64,000 nt of DNA. Source: Lytechinus pictus (taxonomy: Eukaryota). The translations under genes were made by a program, and so were the position numbers. The first letter of the stretch is position 1; every line of letters starts with the position of its first letter. Below, in pieces: positions 1 to 12,500 of the stretch. Below the pieces are notes generated by a model. The model saw nothing but the letters and a program-made list of their open reading frames with translations. It was not told where the DNA came from and made no database searches. The stretch spans positions 31,994,001-32,058,000 of the forward strand of contig NC_087251.1 of the NCBI RefSeq assembly GCF_037042905.1, given 5' to 3'.

Positions 1-57
1 TTCAAACAAAATTGAGACAATGAGACTGATTGAGAATGAGAGAAAAAAAAGATTCAC

Positions 58-102
58 CCGATCGGATACGGTTTGTCCTTCTCCTCCATCATCATCGTCC
101 AT
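58..102 (-). CDS. Possible first coding exon of an unidentified gene running off the left edge (MDDDDGGEGQTVSDR)
   Basis: Minus-strand ATG at 102-100, 15 open codons, then a GTGAAT donor-like site at 57-52. It lies head-to-head with AKR exon 1. Too short to assign homology. Confidence 0.35.
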
Positions 103-520
103 AAAAAATTGTGAAGCTACAGATAGCCTACTACTTCCGGCACTCATTTTTACTTTCACACGTACTGCAACAGTGAGATTACAAGAAGAATTACAGAGCA
201 GACAAAATTCAGTTCATTTCACTCCAAACCCAGTGGCCGCCTGCCCTGCCTAGCCTGCGCATATGTATAATGCATGAAATATGCATGTGATGCATGCACA
301 GTATACAGCCGGTATACCGGTATGGTATCTTTAAGAACATTTTCTTTGTAAAACCAACTCGGGGAAATCGCTCGCTTCGAACCTGAACCTCGTCCTCGGC
401 CTTTGCCCATACCAGGAATCTCTTTTCCAGGAAAAAAAGGATCGAATGCAACTACCAGCTGATTTTTCCAGTCCGATTACATCACAACAGTGCATTGGGT
501 GTAGTTTTGAAGCAACAATA

Positions 521-3500
521 ATGACAAAACTTCCTATTTTCGGTCGTAAGTGTGGTATCATCGGCGTTAGTGCACTTTCGCATCAGTCACATCGTCCCCG
601 ACATCCGACCCAGCGGCAGCCGCGCCGGAAATCGGGCTGTGCCTGTGGAACACTGCTTGGTTTCGTCGGATGGTACGAAAGTGCATTAGCTATCATAATC
701 TTTGGTTTAATAAGGTTTAGATCTCTGAAAAAAATATATATATTCTTTTTAAGTTGACTATATTTAGATCTATATTTTCATAAATTCTAAATGTCAATGA
801 AATAAAAATAACAGTTAAATTGTGATTCAGATCAGGCCTTTCACTTTCAGGGTGACCAGATGATAGATCCGGGGGGGGGGGGGGGGGGGCACTCAGTATA
901 TAATGCATAGTGCCGTGGAGGGGACCCCCATTTTTACACTCAAATTTCTGTTCCAGGGCATGACATTTTTATCTTATCAGAGCTACCAAGTCTCAAACAT
1001 TGTGCGTGAGACTCGCGCATCGAGGGTCCGTCTCACGCATGGCACCCATTTTTCTCACGCATCGGGACCCGACAGAAAAAGCCTTCGCATGCCGTCGCGT
1101 CTACCCCGGCACGTGAGACGAATCGAGAGTGCAGTCAGCGCACAGCTAGTACGTGATACGATGAATCGCGTGCGTGCATCGCATGGTTTTGTAGTATGGA
1201 TCAATATCGTGATAAAGCCCATATCTCGCGAGTTGCGCGCGTGCCTTTTCGAAACGTACAAGTGTAAGTACTGGCTGCGCGCGTGCAGAGTCGCCGAGTC
1301 ATGAAAATCTCACTTATAACATTTTTTTAAACTTGGCATCTCTGTCTTATTGAGAAAAAAAACTAAGAAAGTCGCTCCGAAGCGTAGCATTTTCTTCTTA
1401 TCGAGAGAAAAGAAGAAAGAAATCCGCTCCAAAGCTTCGCATATTTTTTGTTACGCTGTTCCAGTAGCATTGATCCGCCACAATGAGCTGCAATTTTGGT
1501 GAAAAGCAGCCGCAGAGCGCTGTCCGACCATCGCCTCTGCGCGATCGCACCCGGCGGGCTGGGCTAGCTGCATACACGTATGCCTGTTCCAAAGGGATGC
1601 ACACGCAGGCGACCCCAGGGTGACCAATTTTCACAAAATGAAATACGGGACAATCGACAAAGCACGCTGCACGAGCTGAATGACAGAACTAGGCCTTAAT
1701 TTTTAAAACAGATCAACAGAGAAGGCTACACGATGTTAGACTTGTGAAAAAATGTAAAGAATTGGAAGGGAGGGTGGACGAAAGAATGAAGGAGAGAAAG
1801 AAAAGGGATGAATTGAGAAGATAGAAAGAAAACGAAGGGGAAAATGAAGAAAATAAGAAAAAAATAAAAGGATGAAAGAAAGGATATAGTAGAGAAAAAA
1901 GGTTTCCCTCATTCTTTGAAATGAATATAAAAAGAAAGGAAGGGAAGATGAATAAATATGTGAAAGAAATAATAAAGGACAGCCAAAGGAAAAAGAAAAA
2001 AAAGGAGAGGAAAGAAAAATGAAGGAAAGAAAAGTGTTTCCTTCATTCTTTGAAAGAAAGAAGAAAAACAGGAAGGAAGGAAGGAAAGATCAAAGGAAGG
2101 AAGGGAGAGAAAGAAAGAAAGAATAAGGGAAAATTAAAAGGAAAAATAAAGAAAGGATGAAGGAGAGGGAGGAAAGAATGAAGGGAGGAGGGAATGAAAA
2201 AAAAAAGGAATGGGAGGAGAGAAAGAACGAAAAGAAAAGGAGAGGAAGGGAGAAGGAAGCAAAGAAAAAATTAAGGAAAGAAAGAATGAAGGAAATAAAA
2301 AAAAAGTAGGAAAGTAAGAGAAAGAAAGAGAAAGAAAAATGAACACAGAGAGAAAGGATCAGGAAATAAAGATATATAGAACAAAAAAGGGGCAAGCAGG
2401 AAAGATAGAAGGATGAAGAAAGAAGTTCTAACTTCAAGCAAACAAAAAAATCCAATCATCTAACAAAAATCATAATAATAATAATAATAATAAGCATTAA
2501 TTTATATAGCGCAGCTTTTATATGGATATATTCAGCTGCGCTTGTTCAGAGCTCTTTTTACTTATGTCTACACAGCATATTTTCTTAACTAAAGAGATAT
2601 GTTTTTAATTTTGATTTGAAGAGAGCCAAGGATGGAGAGCTTCTTATATCAATTGGCAGGCTATTCCATAGTTTGGGGGCAGCAAGTGCAAATGCACGAT
2701 CACCAAGTGTGACTTTTGTTTTGTGAAATGGGATCTGAAACAATAATTTATCTGTGGAACTTCGCAGGTTTCGACTGTGTGATTGGGTTTTAAGTTTGAG
2801 TAATTCTGTAATGTAATGTGGGGCTTGACCGATTACCGGGTAATGATTTATATACAATTAACAGAATTTTGAATGAAATTCTTTTATGTACAGGCAACCA
2901 GTGGAGTTCTCTCAGAAGAGGTGTAGTGGAACTGAACTTTGGGACACGGTAGATAAGTCTTGCACATGAATTTTGGACTCTTTGTAGCTTAGAAATGAGA
3001 CTATCAGGCATTCCAAACAACAAACCATTACAGTAATCAAGCTTACTTGTAATCAGAGCATGCGCCACCAGTTTGATACTTTCTTGATCAAAGTATTTGC
3101 GAATGCGCCGAAGGTTATAGAGGAGATAATGATAATGATATTTGGTGTTTTTTAATATATTTTTAAAACTAAAATGGTTTAGAAATGAATAAAATGTCAA
3201 AGTGAAACATTGTCAAATTAAAAAATTAGATGAAACATCGCGGCATCATACAGGCATCTCTCCCATCCCACTTCAAGTTCGTATCGATCAATAACAAGAC
3301 CAGGAACAGGACTCAAACAAAAGCCGAAACAACTAGATCTAGTTATGAAAACTCAATAACTTGTTCCTCCGATTACATCTCCAAATCAGTAATCTGAGAA
3401 TCCATAATATAATTATAAAAAATTTCCCACCGATTTTGTGATTATTTTGGTGGAAAAACTGTTTATCATGTGAGTTTTTTGCACCATTGAGAATCTGCTC

Positions 3501-6500
3501 CGATTCTACATGCCTAGCTAGTAGACTGCCACACACAGGCAGGAGGCCAGATCATTTGCAATGTACTGTATTGGGTTAGCAAGAAAATCACCGCAGAACT
3601 CGCAAAAGTTTACAGTAAATTTGCTTCGTCATCTGTTGGTTATTTGATGAAAATTCGTCACTTTTATAATTATGTATATTTTGTCCCGAGAATGGTTTTT
3701 CAGAATGCCGGGAAAAAGGAGCAAATTACGGGACGATCCCGGGAAATATGGGACGTCTGGTCTGGGTGACCCGTTCCAAGGACCCCCGTTTTCATAAACA
3801 TTTTTAGTTTCGAAGCCCTTTACGAGGATCCTCCTTTTTTACGATAAGTCCGCTCCAAGGCCCCCGGTTTTTGTCTCACCCGCGGCACATACCTACCAAT
3901 TTTTTGGTCAAGTACCCCCCCCCCCCCGGGACCAGATTTCACAAAATGAAATACGGGACAATCGACAAACAAAGTCACAAGTATAACACAGTGTTAGACT
4001 TGTGAAAAAAAAACTAAAGAATTGGAAGGGAGGGTTAATGAAAAAATGAAGGAGAGAAAGAAAAGAGATGAATTGATAAGAAAGAAAGAAAAAATGAAGG
4101 GAAAAAAAAGAAAGTTAGAATAAAAGATGGATAAAAGAAAGAATAAAAGAATTTTTTTTTCCATCATTCTTTGAATTGAATATAGAAAGGAAGGGAAGAT
4201 GAACAAATTTGTGAAGCTCAAAGACAAACTAAAGGAGAGAAAGGAAAAAAGAAAGTGAGTAAAAAGGAGGAGGAAAGAAAAATGTTTCCTTCATTCTTTG
4301 TAAGATTAAAGAAACAAAGAATGAAGAAAAACAGGAAGGAAGGAAGGAAAAGAAAGAATAAGGGGAAGAATTAGAAGGGAAAATAAAACAAAGAATGAAA
4401 GGAAGGAAGGGAATCATGAAGGGAGGAGAGAATGAAAAAAGAAAATATTGGAAGAGAAAGAACGAAAAGAAAAGGTAGAAGGAAGCAAAGAAAAGTTTAA
4501 GGAAAGAAAGAAAGAAGCAAATAAAAACGGATATTTAATAAAGAAAAAAAATGAACACAGAGAGAAAGAAAGGGTCAGGAAAGAAATATAGGAAATAAAG
4601 AAAGATGGAACAAAAAGGGCAAGCAGGAAGGATAGAAGGATGAACAATGAAGGATAGAAAAGAAAGAAAGAAGAAAAAAGTTTAAACTTCAAGCAAACAA
4701 AACAAATCCAATCGTCTAACAAAAACATAATGATATTTGGTGTGTTTTTTAATACATTTTTAAAATAAAAAAAACTAAAATGTTTTAGAAATGAATAAAA
4801 TTTCAAAGTGAAACATAGTCAAACTTAAAAATTAGATGAAACATCGCGGTATCATACACACCAAGACTCAAAACGAAAGCTGAAACAACTAGATCTAGTT
4901 ATGAAAACTCAATAACTTGTTCCTCCAATTACATCTCCAAATCAGCAATCTGATAATCCATAATATAATTATAAAAATTATTTTCCTGCCGAATTTGTGA
5001 TTATTTTGGTGGAAAAACTATTTATCATGTAAGATTGTTTACACCATTGAGAATCTGCTCTGATCCTACATGCCTAGCTAGCTAGAAGCCTGCCACACAC
5101 AGGCAGGAGGCCAGTTCGTTTGCAATGTATTGGGTTAGCAAGAAAATCACCGCAGAACTTGCAGAAGTTTACAGTTATCGATTTTATTGTTGTCTCTGCT
5201 TAGCCATCTGTTTGTTATTTGATGAAAATTCGTCACTTTTAAATGTATGAAATACATTTTGTTCAATATTCTGAAATACGGGACAAATAGGCGTCCCGGG
5301 AAGGGTTTGCCGGGACAAAAGAGCAAAATATGGGACAATCCCGGGAAATACGGGACGTCTGGACACCCTGTTGTGATTTATAATTTTGTATGATGGGGGA
5401 CCTAAAAAGGTACGCACTTTGTTTACAAATAATAAAAACTATGCCAATTTTAATATTTGAACAAATTATTTTTCACTAATTTGTGGCAAACATTCTAAAG
5501 ATCATTAACCAAGAAGAAAATAACCTACTAAATTCTAATACGAAAATCCCGCCGTGTTTTCCGAACACTTGATTCCGCCGCCCGATGTAGATAGAAGGGG
5601 TCCTAAAGCTACGCATTTGGTTTATCATGCAGAAAAATAGTATTTCCTGTGCTTCAATTTCTAAAATATGATCATATTAGGATAATAAGAAATTAAAGCG
5701 AATATAACTCCAAAATTCCAAACAGTTGTAGATTTTCTCTGCCTTTTTGATTTAGAGATTTACTGCAGCCTCTGTTGAAAAAATTGAATAGGAATCGTTC
5801 GTCACTCTGCGGTCACATTTCCACTCACAGAGTGTGCATTTGCCATTAAAAACTGCATGCGCGATGAGTGGTGCGTAGCTTTAGGACCCCCTACCATAAA
5901 ATGCAGCTGCAGTGTCTGGCCTGGGGCCCATTTCTCAACATTTTTATAACTAAGACCCATAAAGAGCTACTTGTCCGCTAACTGTTTCATGAAGCCTTTT
6001 TTGCTAATACAGTTTCGCACTGGCTGATTTCGAGCAAATTTCTCCGCCAGAAATTGTTAGCAAATGTGATAGCAAGTCTCTCACAATCAGTCACATTTCG
6101 AGGTCCATAAACAACATGACCAAAAGATTTGCCTGTGAAAGCTCATCCGTTTGTTCATCACACGTTTGCATGATTTTGGTTGCTAACTTCAGTCCATATC
6201 AAACTTACGGCAAAGCGAAGGGAAGCAATATCTGACTGAGAATTCGAACAATGACATTGAGATCAAAGTCGAAATACAGCCGTTCCCGATTGCGATTTTT
6301 GTCTCACCTGCATAGCAGAGTGAGACTATAGGCGCCGCTTTTCCGACGGCGGCGGCGGCGGCGACGGCGGCGGCGTCAACACCAAATCTTAACCTGAGGT
6401 TAAGTTTTTGAAATGACAGCATAACTTAGAAAGTATATGGACCTAGTTCATGAAACTTGGCCATAAGGTTAATCAAGTATTACTGAACATCCTGCCTGAG

Positions 6501-9500
6501 TTTCATGTCACATGACCATGGTCAATGGTCATTTAGGGTCAATGAACTTAGACCATGTTGGGGGAATCAACATCAAAATCTTAACCTAAGGTTAAGTTTT
6601 TGAAATGTCATCATAACTAAGAAAATATATGGACCTAGTTCATGAAACTTATACATAAGGTTAATCAAGTATCACTGAACATCCTGCATGAGTTTCACGT
6701 CACATGACCAAGGTCAATGGTCATTTAGGGTCAATGAACTTTGGCCGAATTGGGGGTATCTGTAGATTTACCATCATAACTTTAAAAGTTTATGGATCTG
6801 ATTCATGAAACTTGGACATAATAGTAATCAAGTATTACTGAACATCCTGTGCAAGTTTCAGGTCACATGATCAAGGTCAAAGGTCATTTAGGGTCAATGA
6901 ACTTTGGTCAAATTGGGGTATTTGTTGAATTACCGCCATAACTTTGAAAGTGTGTTGGTCTAGTTCATAAAACTTGGACATAAGAGTAATGAAGTATCAC
7001 TGAACATCCTTTGCGCATTTTAGGTCACATGACCAAGGTCAAAGGTCAATGAACTTTGGCCATAATGGGGGTATCTGTTGAATTACCATCATAACTTGGA
7101 AAGTTGATGGATCTTTCTCTTGAAACTTGGACATAAGAGTAATCAAGTATCACTGAACATCCTGTGCGAGTTTCAGGTCACATGATCAAGGTCAAAGGTC
7201 ATGTAAGGTCAATTAACTTTGGCCACGTTGGGGGTATTTGTTGAATTACCATCATATCTCTATAAGTGTATGGGTCTAGTTCATAAAACGTGGAAATAAG
7301 AGTAACCAAGTATCACTGAACATCTTGTGCGAGTTATAGTAGTTTTCAAAATCAGCACTGCTGCTATATTGAATCGCGTGATGCAGGTGAGACGGCCAGA
7401 GGCATTCCACTTGTTTTGAAAAGCGGTGGGCATATTGACCTTGAAATATGATTGAGGGACTTGCTATGACATTCACGAACAATTACAGCTGGGAAAATTT
7501 GCTCGAAATTGGGCGATGTGAAATTGCATTAGCACCAAGCCCCCTTTGCCAAGGTATAGGACAACAACCTGACTAGATTGACAACCTGTAATAGCCATAT
7601 TATCCATGGTCATAACTTATTTCATGGCGTACATGTAGTGGCATCACATGGTTAGTGACCCTCTCTAAGTCTACCACGACTCTATATTCCTGTTTTTAGC
7701 TTATCCGGCCCGAAGAGCCAGATGAGCTTGTGCCGTGGCGTCTGTTGTCCATCTACAATCTCAAAATGCTTCTTCGTCATTTCAAGTCCGATTTAAATTC
7801 TGTTTGCTTTATATGATAGCACTAGGTGGGGGACTCAAAACCTCTACACAGAATTTTGAAACTCATTAAATATATGCTAATTAATGCGCTTTTTTCAAAA
7901 TTCGCAAAAAAAGCTTCTTCTTTATCTGTCGACCGATTTTGATTTTTTGTTGCTTCTATCTGGTAGAGCTTCATTACATGAAGTTCACCAAACTTGTAAA
8001 CAGAATTTTGAAATTTTAACTAGAAAATTACTTATGCTAATTCATGCAAAATTTATTCATAATCACAAATAAATGCTTCTTTATTTGTTGACCAATTTTT
8101 TTTTTTCATCCATGTGGTAGAGCTACATGAGGGTCACCAAACTTCCACACAGAATTTTGACAAGGAAATTATGCTAATTTATGCAAAATTTATTCATAAA
8201 TCACAAGAAATGTTTTTTCTCCTTCATTTGTAGATCAATTTCAATTTTGTTTGTTTTATATTATAGTTATAGGTGGGGATACAAAATTTCTATACAGAAT
8301 TTTGAAACTCATTAAATATGCTAATTTATGCATATTTTTCAAAACTCACAAAAAATGCTTATTTGTTGACCGATTTTTAATTTTTTTGTTCCATCTGAGA
8401 GCTACATTGAGGTTCACCAAGGTTCTACACAGAATTTAGACATTTTGACTAGAAAATTATTTATGTTTATTTATATAAAATTTATTCATAAATCACAAAA
8501 AAATGCTTCTCTGTCATTTCTTCATGAATTTCAATTCTGTTTCCTCAATTTATGTCACCAATATAATTCACTACAGTGTCAACTGGGCTGAAAGTAAAAA
8601 ATGTGTTAAATTTCGTTGCAAGATGCTGGATGAGCTCCACATCATTGATGTGCTAGTTTTATTGCTGCTCTGAGATTTTCTTCATCAACTGATTGATGAT
8701 TGATAGTCTAGATGAGGGATGACAAGTCATGTCATATGATTAATCGCCTGGTCGGAATTTCTGTGCAGGCTCTGTTGTAGTGTGCCTTTTTTGGTCCGAA
8801 ACACCCAAAGCCAAAGGGTGCAGGATGTAACTGATGTGAGGCGACAAAAAAAAACAATATGGAGATGTGACTTTGTGACCATCATAAAGTAGCAACAGGA
8901 TCTCTGGTTTGGAGGGAAGAAATGGAACGGTTACTCAGGAACTCCTGGAATACGTCTCCGTTGCTCCATCCACTGTCAGTAATCTTGCACAAAGTGCTGC
9001 AGGAGGGTTCACTCATTCAACTTTCAATGACTGATCCACACTAAACTGTTACGGTGGTGTACTACAGAAATATAATCATAATAATGATAATGATGATATT
9101 CCGCATTTATATAGCGCTTAATTCATCGGAACGACGTCTCTAAGCGCTTTACAGATATATTATTACCCCGGTCATCGGATCCTTGCATGCCCGCATACAA
9201 TGTATGCACCTTCTCCAATCCCTGGAGAGCATTCCAACAAGAGTTCCAAGACTCAATTGCTAGGCATACTACATGTCGTAGGCTTTCGCATCCTACCGGG
9301 TACCCATTTAACACCTGGGTGGAGAGTGGCAAATTGTGGATTATAGCCTACTTTATTTCAGTATGTCGATGAGAATATGCATTTTGAGAAACTATGTCTC
9401 GTTACTCTTTGATATTCCATCCCATTAAATTTCACTTGTCTTGGGCGTTTTCTCAATTGAGTCGGCATCCTTTATCTGCAACTACCCATGCTATTAAAAG

Positions 9501-12500
9501 TGCAGATACTTAAAAAAAATGCATTCATTATTGAATTAGACTCCAGGTTTAAAAATACAGTGCATACCATACCATCTATGTTCTTCTGAAATAAGTGACT
9601 TTGTTGAGAATAAAAGTAACTCAAAATTTCTTACACCATTGATCTGATTCTCCCTGTAGTGGCACTTTGTATATGCCTGGCTTACTTTACGAATGCCATC
9701 TACTAAACTTACCCTTCAAACTGTTACCTGCTGAAATTGAGTGTTGTTTCCTCCTTCACTTGCATTACATATATATGCTAACCCCTCAAAATGTACTTCT
9801 TTAAATAGTAGGATGGATTTTAATTGTTGAATAAGAAACTGTTTATTATTTATCTTCTACAGTTGGAACTTACTGTATGAGAGGTACAGATACTGTCTAC
9901 AAATGTCTTGATACAGCTTTGAAACATGGCTATCGTCTTATTGGTAAGATATATGAAAAATTTAGGTGTTCAGTATTTTTAATAAAAGTATTGATTAAGT
10001 AATTAAATGATTTTGAGAACATTCTCTCTATCCTGTTCAATTTTTTTTTATTGATATTTTTTAAAATTATATTTGGGCGTATCAGAGAAACAAAAGTTTC
10101 ATATTTTTTCCTAACAAAAAACATAATAAAAGTGATATCCCTAAAAGTAGAACTTATTATAAATCTAATGGTAGCTTAATGTTGCTATGACCACATTTCA
10201 CTGAACATGGTTGTTTAAAATACGCTGCAAATTTGCGGTTGGTTCACTCGCATGCTCAACATTGACATAATGAAACATTAGATTGAAAGCAATAAGAACA
10301 AATTATCCTGCCACTTCTTGCTCATTTGCAATTCAGTTTTTATTCAAGATTTTTTCTCCTTTTAACATGTTGCTTATAAAAGTTGATTAAATGTCAGTTC
10401 AAATGTATAAAGATTACCCTTGTAGGGTAATGTTCATAGAGTAAAAACGATTTGCATTTTTCTTAGGCATGCACTCACAAATTGCATCTGACTTAACATG
10501 TCATTGTTTGCTAGGCCAAGAAGTGTTTAGCTCAGTCTTGTTCCATACTGTGTCTTGTTGTCTTCTCTTATTATTCCATTCTCCTCCCATTTGAATTGAG
10601 GCATATCTAAGTCGCTTGATGGGGAATAATTAAAACAATAAATTGGCCATATTTTAGAATTTTCTTGTTAATGAGAATTAATTAACTGGTGGAAATTAAT
10701 GAATTATTGATTCTTTCAACCCTCTTGTGTTCATTAATTGAAATACAGACACGGCTGCAGTTTACAGAAATGAAGAAGACATCGGTAATGCTTTGAAAGA
10801 GCTTCTCCCAAAATATGGACTTGAGAGATCTGATATCTACATCACAAGTAAACTAGGTGAGTGTGATCGTGAAACAGAAGGGTTGTCAGTCAGTCTGCAG
10901 GTACCTATGCTAATGAGCAAGATTTGTCCAAATCATCTTGTGGCTGAATTCACCTCCCTGCAAAATCTCGTGAATTGTGAGACTTTCTTTCTCAAAGAAT
11001 TTAAACACTTTATCTTCAAGATAAATTGAGCATTCTTGTACCAAATGAAAGAGTTGATGGTTATTTTTATATTGGTCATTTCTTTTGAATAAAATATTTT
11101 GATAAGTAAGTGAATTTCATGCCTGAAAAGATGTCTCAAAACAGAATTTTCTTCCTCTGTCGTCTCTTGCAAATTGTGCAAAACTTTTTATTTTGAGCCC
11201 AAAGGCTGTCATCAGAAAGGTCAAACTCTGTACTGTCTTTCTCACAATGTCACTCTTGATACATGGCATCTTTTAGATGGGTCAACAGTCAGCCTTTCCC
11301 TTCGAGATACAAGACAAGATTTCTGAAAATTCTGAGAAGCATGAAATCCAGAGTTTTGATTGGCTGGATAAGGTTTCAGAACAACAGGCGCGGGAAATTT
11401 GAAGAGATTACCGCATGATGAGTATGACCTTGGAGAGAACCCAGCATGGAAACCATTGGAATTTGGGTGGGTGTGTGGTCTCTTTGACCAATCAGAATGC
11501 AGTATTCTTATTTTCAAACTGCAAAATGTACTTGGCCTATCAAAAGTTGGATGCTGTGCAGCTGACCCATCTAAAATGCCACTTCTAATAAAACCTATAT
11601 CATATTAAAGTTTAGATCTTGAGCTTTATCATAATCTAAAAATCATTTGGACCCAAACAGAATTTAAGTGATAAAACAACAACTTTTGTCGGATGAAAAT
11701 AATTATCATGTGTTAGATCAAGAGTTTCACCTGTTACAAATTTTTTTTTTTAATCCAGATACATGACCTGAACAAATTATTTTTTTCTTTATGAATATAC
11801 CCAAAACAAAAAATTTTGTCACTATTTAGAGCAGCAATGGCTGAATAAAAAGAGGTGTTTTTGTCCGCACCATCCTCATTATATATGCAAATACCTAATC
11901 ATGAATCACTTGGATAAAAGAAGCTACTTTTTGAGGACCTGCCTACTGACTGTTGTTTTCTTTGTTCTTTAAATTATGTCATATTAAGTTTAATTGCTTG
12001 AGAGTTTGAGAGACATGCGCAGATCCAGCCAGATTAGAATCAATAATTTTGAGAGGCCAACTATTGTGCAAAAACAATATGGCCCCTAAAATGGTATTGT
12101 GTTCAACCTAGCTAAAACCACCACTGTTAAGAAAATCCATAGGGGTTGATCAATAAGATATATACATCAAGAAAAGGTTTGTCTCATTGTAATAAAAAAA
12201 GAAATGTATCGAAAAGAGGGGGGGGGGGGGTGGGTAATTATCTATTAAAATTATGATGGAAGCAGTACACGACAACCAGGTTTATTTCGGGTAATTAATG
12301 AAGTCACCATTTATTGATCAGGCGAACGGTCAAATTCCCAGCTGAAGATGCCAACTCAAGTTGACGCTCTTTGTATATGACTCACTGGCATGATAAAATA
12401 AAGCATTAGGCCTTTGTGTAATATGTTAAAAACCAGAATTGAATGATCTTAGGGTCTTGTGGGTTGATAAAGACATTAAAAAAGTTATATATATTTTAGT

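Larger units (their letters stand above)
869..3929. mobile_element. TIR element with CCGG-polyG / polyC-CCGG ends, CpG-rich interior, superfamily unassigned
   Basis: Left end CCG(n)CACTC at 869, right end AAGTAC(n)GG at 3929. GACCAGAT at 854-861 and 3930-3937 is the probable TSD. It interrupts the left TIR region of the outer hAT-like element. Confidence 0.65.
828..5370. mobile_element. hAT-like non-autonomous element (outer copy), CAGGGTGACCAGA...TCTGGACACCCTG, interrupted by nested insertions
   Basis: TIRs at 848-860 and 5358-5370. An 8-bp TSD TTGTGATT lies at 820-827 and 5371-5378, with about 20 extra bases before the left TIR. The body resumes at about 3931 and has subterminal GGGACA repeats and a GA-rich tract. 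Confidence 0.75.

Noticed and set aside
2090..4806. Phe/Leu/Ser-rich ORFs on the minus strand resembling membrane proteins
   Set aside because: They are translations of the GA-rich low-complexity tract inside the MITE copies.
6400..7340. Regular repeats that could be read as a CRISPR array
   Set aside because: Whole units are homologous with no unique spacers, the context is a eukaryotic intron, and there are no cas genes.
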